A stretch of DNA of 64,000 nt, counting the filler, from Kipferlia bialata (taxonomy: Eukaryota), in the NCBI GenBank assembly GCA_003568945.1. It is 6 parts of 6 records of this genome, joined end to end, with 100 filler letters (N's around TTAATTAATTAA, not from the genome) between each part and the next. Parts side by side here need not be neighbours in the genome. Positions count along the whole stretch, not along the records: positions 23,867 to 37,528 come from BDIP01000921.1; positions 37,629 to 51,269 come from BDIP01000922.1; 4 more parts are not named here. One strand, given 5' to 3'. The notes beneath the pieces are model-generated. The model searched no databases, was not told the origin of the DNA, and worked only from the letters and a program-made list of their open reading frames with translations. The translations under genes were made by a program, and so were the position numbers. This document shows positions 27,001 through 38,726 of the stretch, in pieces. How positions within the stretch are numbered: the stretch's first letter is position 1; the number at the start of each line of letters is the position of its first letter.

Positions 27001-30000
27001 CCCCCACACCGCATTCAGCCAGTTCTTTGGGTGGTTCAAGGCATTCCCAAGGTATATGTATATTGGTATATCTTTGTTACTCATTTATGTGTATTCATAT
27101 ATATTATACTACTATTACCACTAACTGTCTTTGGGTGGTTCAAGGCATTCCCAAGGTGGGTACATTCTGAATACCTGTATTACCTATATATATGTGTAAT
27201 CATAAAGAGACACTCTGCTACTTACACTGATAACGGTCGTTGGGTGGTCCTAGGCATTCCCTAGGTGGGTGCATACGTTGTATATTGTACTAATGTGTAA
27301 TATATGACACTATTGGGTGGTTCAAGGCATATCAAAGGTTAGAATATACATGTATACCAGTATTGTCTATTGGTCTACTTATGGTTTGTTATGGTGGTCT
27401 TTGACTGGTTCAAGGCATTCCCTAGGTGGGTCCAAGAGCTAATTCATTTGTGTTTATAGTGGGGTATTGAATGGATGGTTCGCTAGTTGTCTTACCCTAG
27501 ACCCGATGGCGTGTGGCCCCCCACCGACCTCCCCTACCCTGTGCCAAGCTCTCTCAAGGAGCCTCTCGAGGTATAACACATACATATATCTGGACAAATT
27601 TTCTATATGTTGTTCATACCATGAACTGTATACCCACCCCAGGAGGAGTTCTGCTACGGTGATGACTATGACCCCAATGTTACATATTCATATAATACTG
27701 TATAGATACTGTATATTATGAACTATATATATTTTTTGTCTCTGGATGTGTACGATATACCATCTACCCACCCCAGGAGGAGTTCTGCTATGGGGATGAC
27801 TATGATGCCGAGGAGCTCGAGGGCATGGAGGGGGACGAGGACGGGTCGTACTACCCAGGTACTCCATATAGTACTAGTTTAGAATATGTAGCATACATAG
27901 TATATAGTGGACCTAAATACATCAGATATATCATACTGATAAGCTTAGTACTCTATCCATATCCATGTCCTCACCCTCAGTGCTGAGTGAGGTTGTGGTT
28001 GCCATGCCAGATGTCCCAGAGGACATGGAGTCGGCACCCCTCTTCCCACACAACGCACCCCAGGTAGACTCGCTATACACTCCCTATACTATACACGCTC
28101 CTAGTAATGATTAGTATTATAGGTATGTTTGATTTGTTTCCTCACCCCCAGTACTCCTTTGTCCTGGATGAGGACACCGACCTCAAGATCAGGGTGTGTG
28201 ACAAGCCACAGGACCTGGACGGGGATGGGGTGGAGGACGAGCAGGAGAGCTATGCACCCTGGTACAACAGTACGTGTAACCTCTCTCTCTATATACTCTC
28301 TCACACTCACACACACACACACATATATATATACATAATACTTCATATATATAAATTCATATATTACCATAGTTAACTCCACTCTCTTCATGTCTTCTTA
28401 CTTACCCAGTCCTTTTTGTGCCTGATGGTCTTAAGGGCAGTCATATATATATATATATATATATTAGTATACATATATATAGTAGTTAGTATATACCGTG
28501 TAATGTATCTAATTAACCCCAGTCTTCTCTGTGCCTGATGGTCTCAAGGGCAGCCACATGCGCAGGATGGACGGGACTGAGTTCCTGACGATGATGGAGG
28601 AGGACGAGGAGGCAGAAATGCCAGAGGTATATATGCTTGAGTATATGTATTCATTTATATATACATATGGTCAAGTATGGTATCAGTATATGTATGTCGT
28701 ATCTATGATGGAGGAGGACGAGGAGGCAGAGATGCCAGAGGTGGGTAATAATATATTCTAATACATATAGGTATAATACGCAGAGATATATAGGTGAAGT
28801 ATATGTACGCAGGTTATACTAAGGTATCAATATGCATGTCGTCAGTGATGGAGGAGGACGAGGAGGCAGAGATGCCAGAGGTGTGTACTCTAGATCTATA
28901 TATGTATGGGTATATATGTGTGTGTACTCCTATCACTCCTCCATATATACATACAATACTACTAAACTGTCTCTCTCAATATATGCAAGTATCTTAACAC
29001 GATCCTTACCCCAGGGCTACATGGGCTCCTACCACTCTGGCTACTGGCTGGAGACTAGCCTCGAGGCTGGAAAGTGAGTGTCTCCTTGTCTTCTGCGAGA
29101 GTGTTTGAGTTCTTATCTACCTATGTGGACACCTTCCCAATACATACATGTATACTATAGTAGTATAGATGAGAGTACTATAGTAGTATACAATATATAT
29201 GTATATATTCTATAAATAATATAATAAATAATATATATTCTATATATGTATTATGTATATATCCTCCCACCCCCAGGTACCTCATCTGCGTGGGCCATGA
29301 CGACCAGTGCGGTAAGCCCCTCATGCTGCAGGTAACTGTATATTTATCGATATATATATAAATACAGTATACCCACAAGAAATTTACACTGTAGAATACT
29401 TTTACTCTTCATGTAGCTACGCGTTATTCCCCCATGATTTAGACAAGACCACACGCTAATATTGATAATATACTGATATTCCCCATACATCTAACTGGTG
29501 TCTTCCTATAGTGTATACTAACTAATATCCTAACCCCCCAAGTGCAAGGCCAGCAAGACCATCAAGTTCAGACGGATCCCCTCTGGGAGCAGGGAGACAG
29601 CAATGGCATGCACCTCAGAGGTATACTCATATACATGTATATATGTATACATACATATATATATATAGAGAGAGAGTGAGAGCCTCACATACACTCTCTT
29701 GTACATACATACATACACTCTCTTGTATTCATATATAGTGTGTATATATTATTAATACGTAGTTCCAGTATGCCTGACCCCTCAGGACAACATGGGCGAG
29801 GGAGACTATGAGAACAGTGTGCAGTACTCCTTTGTGGTGGAGGAGGGAGAGGAGATCATGGTGGCAGCTGCATACCAGGGAGATATGGTACGTCTCACTC
29901 TCTGTCTCTCGCTCTCTCTCTCACTCACTTTCTATATGTATGCTACTCTCTCCTTTCCGCCTTGCCTTACCCCCAGGTGGAGGACGACGAGTACCAGTAC

Positions 30001-31417
30001 TGCATCAGGGTGAGTATCACAGTATAGTAATAACATAGACACATTACACACATACTACAATATATATATATGTATATGCATGCAGTAACAGTACGAGTAC
30101 TGCATGTCTCATCAGGGCCAGTAATATATGTATAGACATACGTTCATGGACGTATATTTTTATACATATATACACCCGTTTCCTCTCTCGTAATGTTGTG
30201 AGAACACTACCGTTCATGTCCACAAACATGCATATGTGGATATTTGTATGTTATCCTCCCACCTCAGGTTGTATTCAAGAGGCATACATACATGCTTCAT
30301 ACCCTCACATACGTATATACATATGCTAATACCCAGGTTGTCAAGGACGAGGAGGAGGCATACGAGGTCAGGGATGGAGACTTCTTCGAGTCTGCGGTGA
30401 GTCCACTCTCTCTAAGGCTAAGTTCTCTCTTTCCCTAAATATATGAGTATATTGCTGGTTGAATCCGTTTCTCCCACACACAATATATCTAACACTTGTT
30501 ATATATCAAAGCTAAGACTCATTGTATCGCTCTCTCACACAATCATATATATATATGTGTCTGTATGTGTATATCGTCTCTATGTCTATCTCTCCCTCAC
30601 TGTTAGGAGGTGTACGCCGTTACTCTCCCCCTCTCTATATATGCATATCCCACACACATATATATATCTCACTGTCAGGAGGAGGTCTATGAGTCCCAGG
30701 AGGACTCTCCCTACCCCTCGGTCACATTCTGGGCTGAGCCAGGTAAGCATGTAGTATACTATTGTAAATTAATACATATATTGTACGTCCCTATCAGTAG
30801 TACAGTATTGTAGTACATACGATCCTACCGCTCGGTCACACATTCTGGGCTGAGCCAGGTTAGACTTCATGCTTGTATGTACATATAATATATATACTAT
30901 ATGAGGAATTAGACACACACATTAATAGATATTCTCAATAGTATTTCCGCTCCTGACCGCAGGCCAGTACATCATCCAGACTAAGTATGAGTCATCAGTA
31001 TATATATGCAATGAATATATACACTTCACTGTACATGTACCCTTTACTATACCTGACCCCAGGCCAGTACATCATCCAGACCTGGCACACCCCAGGGGAG
31101 GAGGAGGACGTCGAGTTCTCAGTGGGTACGTGGATGTATATACATGACTCATTTGGAGTATTGTAATGTTATGTGGGACATCATTCAAGAATGTTTGTGG
31201 GAAATGAGAATGGCTTGTGTAATGTGTTTAGGACATGGAGTTCTCAGTGGTACGTCGTTGTATACACTATTACTATAAATGCATAAATATACATATTGGA
31301 TCTCACACACATATTTGTCTTGTCATTATACATAGTGATGCCCTCACCCCAGCTGGCCACAGCAAGAACTTCGACATGGAGGAGGGGGAGGGTGTCATGG
31401 ACCTCTATGAGATGTAG
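24080..31417 (+). CDS. Calpain-like protein (CysPc plus two calpain domain III-like repeats), predicted catalytically inactive, >25 exons
   Basis: DVCQ-GLVGNDWL, GLYGVRLYRRGKWYWVLVDDQFP, NEFWASIIEKALAK-INGSW, GLLPDQEYT, KLVKLR-NTWG..EWKGPWSD-GSAEW, DGTFF, then PQYSF...LEAGKYLI and VQYSF...EPGQYIIQ. Stop at 31415-31417. Confidence 0.9.
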
Positions 31418-31744
31418 GGAGAGAGAGAAACAGAGAGACAGAGAGAGAGAGAGAGAGGAGTGTGTATGACAACTGGAGTGTGTTGATGACAGTGTGTGTG
31501 TGTTTAACTTTGGGTGTGTATGTGACACTGTGTGAATAGATGTATGTGTGTAAGTCTCTTGCGTTTAAGCACTCTTTTAGCACCACCACTACACGAACAA
31601 CATATTTATACAGTGAGACAGACAGAACACGTCAGTTCAGCTGGAACATACATGGAACACACAGACATCAGTCCAGACACTATCAATACACTCTTCCATC
31701 TATCCTCTAGACAGAGACTCTATTCACTAGAGTGCTGAGTGGAC

Positions 31745-32117
31745 TTAGACGGGTGTGACGTAAACAGCCTGCTGCATCTGGCCGGGCATCATGACCTGAG
31801 ATTAGGGGTGTAGGGAGAGAGAGAGAGGGAGAGAGAAATACCAAGGGGGAGAGAGAGAGAGAGAGAGAGAGAGATCATGTGGGTCACATACCTGGGGAAC
31901 AACGCGGCCGGTGGGCCTCTGGTGTGGGTTCTTGGCGGCCTGGGGTTTAGATACATACACACACATGATATAATACAGACATATAATATTGATATTCAAT
32001 ACATATATTAGTACACTGTATATACCTCCTTGGCGAGCTCGATCTTGGCGTCCTTCATCCCGGCCCTCTTGTTGCAAGAGCAGCAGCAGCAGCAGCAGAG
32101 GCAGACGAAGAGGGAGC
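31745..32117 (-). CDS. 3' exons of a membrane protein with a juxtamembrane cysteine string
   Basis: SLFVCLCCCCCCSCNKRAGMKDAKIELAKE-AAKNPHQRPTGRVVPQ-VMMPGQMQQAVYVTPV*, in frame across two introns. Confidence 0.65.
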
Positions 32118-32393
32118 CTGAGATAAGGAATATATATATATATATATATATATAGGAGAGTACACAGCGGCACACAACTATGAGAGAGAGAGAAAGAACA
32201 GCAGCAGCACAGGCAGACGGAGAGGAAGTATGCGGGTGAGGATACAGGAAATAGGGAGGAGAGGATATGTGATACAGGTCAGATCACTGTAAGAAGAAGA
32301 AGACAAACACTGATAAGATACCCAAGGCAGAAGAACAATAATTGTCTATCTTTGGGGGGGGGGGGGGGGGGGGGTTGGTGTATGTATATGGTG

Positions 32394-33158
32394 NNNNNNN
32401 NNNNNNNNNNNNNNNNNNNNNNNNNNNNNNNNNNNNNNNNNNNNNNNNNNNNNNNNNNNNNNNNNNNNNNNNNNNNNNNNNNNNNNNNNNNNNNNNNNNN
32501 NNNNNNNNNNNNNNNNNNNNNNNNNNNNNNNNNNNNNNNNNNNNNNNNNNNNNNNNNNNNNNNNNNNNNNNNNNNNNNNNNNNNNNNNNNNNNNNNNNNN
32601 NNNNNNNNNNNNNNNNNNNNNNNNNNNNNNNNNNNNNNNNNNNNNNNNNNNNNNNNNNNNNNNNNNNNNNNNNNNNNNNNNNNNNNNNNNNNNNNNNNNN
32701 NNNNNNNNNNNNNNNNNNNNNNNNNNNNNNNNNNNNNNNNNNNNNNNNNNNNNNNNNNNNNNNNNNNNNNNNNNNNNNNNNNNNNNNNNNNNNNNNNNNN
32801 NNNNNNNNNNNNNNNNNNNNNNNNNNNNNNNNNNNNNNNNNNNNNNNNNNNNNNNNNNNNNNNNNNNNNNNNNNNNNNNNNNNNNNNNNNNNNNNNNNNN
32901 NNNNNNNNNNNNNNNNNNNNNNNNNNNNNNNNNNNNNNNNNNNNNNNNNNNNNNNNNNNNNNNNNNNNNNNNNNNNNNNNNNNNNNNNNNNNNNNNNNNN
33001 NNNNNNNNNNNNNNNNNNNNNNNNNNNNNNNNNNNNNNNNNNNNNNNNNNNNNNNNNNNNNNNNNNNNNNNNNNNNNNNNNNNNNNNNNNNNNNNNNNNN
33101 NNNNNNNNNNNNNNNNNNNNNNNNNNNNNNNNNNNNNNNNNNNNNNNNNNNNNNNNNN
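32394..33158. other. Scaffold gap
   Basis: Run of N. Confidence 0.99.
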
Positions 33159-34838
33159 GGAGGATGCAAAGAAGGTGGGGGGGGGGGGGGGGGGGGGGGG
33201 GGTAGTCATCGATGATGGACGTGTGGGGACACTAAAACAATAGAAATATACTAGTACCAGGTTGGTACTACCAGCTCATATATGGAATTGGCACGTGAGT
33301 TTGAGGAAATAGTGCAGATGATCCATACCTTCCATTGAGCGTGGCTGCCATGTGGGTGTATCTGGGCATGCTGCACAGTCTCTGCCTCAGCCTGCCACTG
33401 ATGACTGACCTGGCAGGGAGGGTCAGATCGAGGGAGACACAGTCCGGCATATGTGGAGTGTGTGTACTTGTCTCTCACAGTTGTGATGCTCTATGGGTAA
33501 CTCGGGTTGGATCCTACAATCACACTGTTTTGAAAGAGCAGCGCACTACGACGCCTGGCCCTTTAGCCCATGGCTGACATCCTGACATACTGGTATTGTC
33601 ACTGAAAGTGCCTGACAAAGAGGAAAGAGTCATGACAAGTTGGTGAAAGAGGGGTGTAGAATCAAAAACAATAGTTCAACTCATTGCGGATTCTACGTCT
33701 CTGACCGTAGATCCCCCTCTTCTCTACACCCCTGAGACCGGTGAGTGTGGCAGAGTCAGAGTCTTGGAGGAAACAGAGGGGCGTGGCTACTGCTCAGATG
33801 ACACTACCTTCTACTGGCTAGAGAACAGCAGAACATCTCGGCTCTGTTCTGTGGCCCTGTGTCAAGAGAATGTGGAGAGTGTGGCTATTCCGCAGTTACA
33901 GTCCCTAATGCCATCCCGCCTGACCCTACTGCGCTCTCACCTCTTCTACTGCCATGGTCGCCACATAGGTCTATTCTCTTACGTATCCGGGTAGTCTATT
34001 GACCTCACGGATAGAGTAGGCCCCATTTGGCTTGTCTACACCAGTCAGCGTGTTGGGGAGCTGCCGTTCTTGTCACATATCGAAGTAGTGTCTTCTCCGT
34101 ACACAAGACCTACATAATTCAAATTGATACGTAGAGTGAGCGAGAGACTTCTTCGCCGAGAGAGAGTCGGGGAACTGCTACAAGATGTCTTATATTTTAA
34201 AGTAATGTGTATATATGACTGTGTAGATGTCACATTCAACGGCTCTATGTATCGGTGTTTCCTAGACTACGTACAGAGTCTATGGCACCAAGTATTGGAG
34301 TAAAGAATGTGAAGATACTAGACGGATGCCTTTCTAAAGCTTGTGTTGAACTGACTCACCCACCTAAGCTCCGAGTCAATTCGTATTCATTCTGTCTATA
34401 ATGAGTACTACCATACTATATGTAGAACAAGTATGGCTTGTATCAACTGTAAGCAGTCCTCTATCACCCTGTGTTCCATCTGGATATCCTAGTGGCAGGC
34501 TCAGACTCTGCCTCAGTACACCACTCTCTCAAATACACGGTTATGTGCATTCACCACTCATTCTGGTACTGACAATCGCACTCTGACTGTCTTCAGCTGC
34601 TAAACACCTGGTATATATGATAATCTACCTGACATTCCAATCTATTCACTATAACCCGATGAATATGGGACCAACGTGAATACCCACTAGCCCCGAAGAC
34701 TAGAGGCTCACTGATGATCACAATCCACCCACGGCTCTCTCCTCTTAGATAGACACACGTTCCTCCTCCTTCGCATCCGGAGGGTCGAAGGTTGTGCTCT
34801 TAATGTGTCTCCTAATCCCCCCGTCCGTCATCCTCTCC

Positions 34839-37528
34839 CTATGTCTCTCTCTCCCTCTCTCTCTCCTTTCCCTCCCCTGGGGTGTCTCTATCGAGGGTTG
34901 TGGCAGTCCTGATACTGGACCCAGCGTCCATGGTGAGACGGGGTCTGATGCGGGCCTGAACATTAGATAGGATGCCATCGTGTAGAAACTGAGTACAGAG
35001 GTCTAACCTTGATGCAGTTTCCCACTGCCCCCCCGACCTCTGAGCCCAGTCTGCTACTTGCATGGGGGTCGAACACCAGACACTCCCCAACACCACAGTG
35101 GGAAAGGGATAGCAGAAGGGAGGCACTAGGGTGGGTACAGAGTTCCACACGTACTCTCTATATATATGTGTGTGTGTATGTGTATATATTAATAGGAACG
35201 TACCTGTCAAGGCCTAGATGCAGACTCTTGCAGAGGTGGCTGGCCCAGGTGGGGCTGAAAAACCTGTATAAGTGTGTGACACTCATACAGTAACCAATCT
35301 TGAATAATTATCATTGAAGTCCAGGTGAAGAGAACGCTGAGGACTATAAATTGAATAACCAAAACACATTGGTCAACAAGTAGACTATATAAAACCAATA
35401 AATCGTACTTGTGCATCACTGCGAGGGAACAGAGCTCTAGGAACTCTCTGGGGATATCCGAGGGAGACTGGGTGGAGAGGACAACCCTGGAGTCAGAGAG
35501 TGACTGTCTATTCCCGCGCCACTAGTGAAAGGATGCATGTGCACATGCGAGAATATACACGCATACATATAGTCTACACCAACCTGCACCCGCAGTGCCT
35601 CATCTGGCGCACAGTGGTGAGGAGGGTCTTGCTGAGAGGGCCTGGCCCATTAGGATAATATATATGGAAAGGCATCACAATATACAATGCGTGATCACTG
35701 GTGAAGTGGCCTCCCTCCCCCGTATGGACAAGCAAACCCAGACTGAGAATACTGACACACTCCACCCATGTCCTATGTCCGTACCTTCGACCTGTAGGTA
35801 CTTGTGTGCCTCATCCAGCACAAGCAGCTTGTCATATGTGGCATGGGAGCCAACAAACAGCTGGGACACTGCGGTTAGAGACTTGCACAGAAATGCAACC
35901 AAAGTAATAATGACCATACACATCCTGATATCCCTTCTGAACACACGCATACCTACACTGAATATGGCGTTAGCGTCCTCGGGACCCAGTAAGGGGTCGG
36001 TGAGGTCACATATCACTAGGGACCCTGGGGTTAGGTGAATGAAGTGTGAGTACAACTAAAACAGAGAAAGGCACTGTCCATCACTATGCTAGAGTTATGG
36101 AGGATGATGACAGAGGAGAAAGAATACGTCCCAATATCATCATTCCCACTTGGGGATGTATATACTTGTATACATATACGTGCGCGCGCAAATACATGTA
36201 TGCATATACCTGGCTGCAGTGACGACAGCAGGCTGATACAGGATGTGGCATTGTGTGCTGTACTCTCCTTGTTGATGTCAGACTCCATGACAAGGCCTGG
36301 GGTCACCAAAGAGATTACCACACCAAATTCACTATGCGTACTGCAATCATGTGTATACCTGCACTAATGTCTGGAGTATACTATACAGGGGATACAATTC
36401 CCATTTACATGTATACATATATATACATGTGTCTACTCTACTTGCCAGCATGTCCACCCTACACTAATGTCTAGAGCATCTAAATTACATCAAGAGAACA
36501 CTAGACTATACACAATGGAAACTGTATTCATGTGTGCATACCTGCCAGCATGTCGACCCTCTGCTGCAGGGGCTGCATCTGGGCAGGGGTGAAGCCAGCA
36601 CTGACAGTGAGAAGACTGACTACCAGTAGAGAGTAAGGAGGGACGGTGCACTAGTCTTCATGTGGGAGGCAATACCCACTTTGTGATGAGTGTATCATAA
36701 ATATTAAACACACAAACACATACTTTGCGATGAGTGTGAGAAAGTCCGTCCAGGTCGGTCTGCGCCCTGAACGCTGGACCTAGGGTGAGGGTAGAGTATA
36801 CAAGAGAGGAGAGATTGGATATACAAGAGGGATGTTGGAAGACATGGTTATCCATATACACCTCACCCTTCTGAGCAGTGCCATGAGCACCCCCTCGTAT
36901 AGGGGCACCTTCCCACTGTCCAGACCCATCAGCATCCTGAGGTAGGAGGCATCCAGGTCCTCAAAGGGGAACAGAAGGGGGTGGACCTGGAGTGAGGAGA
37001 CACACTTTGAATATAGAGATTACCTACTTGGAAAGGCACTACCAGGACCAGTACCAGACACACCCACATCTATACAAGTATACAAAGGAAACCATATACC
37101 TGAACGTTGGGGAATGAGCTGAAGAACTGCTGCCTCTGCCTGTAGTTGTGGGGTGAGACCAGCACCACACAGGGTGATGCCACTACCCCTGCTGCCCCTA
37201 CTAGGCCAAGGCCTATGCTCTCACAGTAGTTGACCTGGGGGTGGGGGAGGTGCGGACCTCACTATTAGCAATATTGTGGAGTCGGGGGGGGGGGGGGGAT
37301 AGAGTGTGTCTCACCTGGGTCCTGTCATATGAGCACACGAGAGTGACCATGTTGGTGCCCCTGAAGTAAGGGTGGGTATAGAGAGTGAATATATATAGGA
37401 CATAGAGTGGGGGTGATATGAATCTGGTCGCCAAATACATATTAGTGTACGCACTGGGTGACAGGAGGACATGTGAGCATGCATGACTCCACTATGCTGT
37501 TGAGGGTGTGGCTCTTGCCACTGTTCTG
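34839..37528 (-). CDS. P-loop ATPase of the HerA/FtsK/VirB4-like superfamily, multi-exon, 5' truncated
   Basis: Walker A QNSGKSHT (37505-37528), ICDLTDP, Walker B LLVLDEAHKYL (~35795-35828), VRQMRHCGCR, VSTQSP, MH-RFFSPTW, and C-terminal RPRLTMDAGSS. Confidence 0.82.
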
Positions 37529-37628
37529 NNNNNNNNNNNNNNNNNNNNNNNNNNNNNNNNNNNNNNNNNNNNTTAATTAATTAANNNNNNNNNNNNNNNN
37601 NNNNNNNNNNNNNNNNNNNNNNNNNNNN
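37529..37628. other. Artificial contig spacer
   Basis: N-TTAATTAATTAA-N. Confidence 0.97.
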
Positions 37629-37679
<51 letters not shown>

Positions 37680-37829
37680 CCTGTTATGTTCATGATATGT
37701 AAGAGGGTGGATAGACACTCCTGAATAAGATACGTCTCCTTGCGATGTAAGCAGGTATAAAAATGCATACAGTTAGTCATAGGTGTTGCAGGAGTGATAT
37801 GACGTGACAGACACTAAATAGGCACTCAC

Positions 37830-38250
37830 TCTCGATGCGCTCTGCGGTCTCGTCCTCCTTCTGCACGTTGAAGTCTGCTGTGAACTGCAGCCTCCGCCTG
37901 CTTCTGATGATGGACCTCTTGCCAGCCACCTCCACACATGCACTGTACTCACCGGCCCCAGTGGTGGTGAACACAAACCGGCCACTGCCCCCCTCAATTT
38001 GGGTGTTGTATATCTCCCTGTCCATCACATCACGCACAGACAGGTGCACGTCTCCGTTGATCTTGCTCTGGCTCTGGTTCCAGTTACGTCCGGCGGTATC
38101 AACTGCCAGAGTGAAGTCTAGCTGTACATCGGTGTGCTCAGGAAGGGTTGTGAAGAAACACTTCTCCTCCCCTGGGACAAGGATCACGTACAGGGCCTCT
38201 GCCTGTGCCAACAGCAGCACAAGCACAAGGGCCACCACTGCAGTCCTCAT
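37830..38250 (-). CDS. p24/emp24/gp25L (TMED) family cargo receptor, first exon (signal peptide + GOLD domain)
   Basis: MRTAVVALVLVLLLAQAEALYVILVPGEEKCF...GRFVFTTTGAGEYSAC, followed by a GTGAGT donor. The rest runs off the contig. Confidence 0.88.
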
Positions 38251-38726
38251 TGATGGGTGAACAGTGGCCTGAGTCAGGCCCTGACCGTCTCTCTAGACTA
38301 CACCCTTTTAACTCCGGAAGTGCCAATCGGAAATCCGAGTCTCTGATTCTGGCCTTCATCAAGAAGGTTCTCTCAGCCACCAGAGTGAAGAGGTGAGGGA
38401 GCTGTGAGTGCTTTATGGAGGGTAATTTGGGCCGTAGGGGTTGTGGTGTGGGAGGAGGGGCTTTATGGACCGCTGGGGGTGGATCCAAGTGGTACTTTTG
38501 GAGCTCTGTGTCATATTTCACCAATTTATCAGTATTTTGCCCCTAGTTGTGATTGGGACACTTACTCTTACATTTCCTGTTGTTGCAGGCGTATGTTTGC
38601 TCTTTATCATGGCAGAAGGGTGTTCTTCTCTTCATCCTTGCGTGTCTGTTTTCTGGTGTTTTTGATGTGTCAATTTCCATATGTTGGATTATGTCATACC
38701 CATTCCAACCCCCTCTGACCCCAGAA

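Noticed and set aside
26039..27427. CRISPR array (regular direct repeats with unique spacers)
   Set aside because: The repeats are copies of calpain exon ends ending in a GT donor, the spacers are TA-rich intron DNA, the context is eukaryotic, and there are no cas genes.
25726..31252. Echoes as simple AG|GT recursive-splicing ratchet points
   Set aside because: Several echoed tails end GC|GT or GG|GT, donor echoes lack upstream branch points, and recursion would not explain the synonymous bias.
33180..34740. Short ORFs (33268-33450, 33764-33994) as genes or transposon remnants
   Set aside because: No recognisable motifs, terminal repeats or consistent exon chain.
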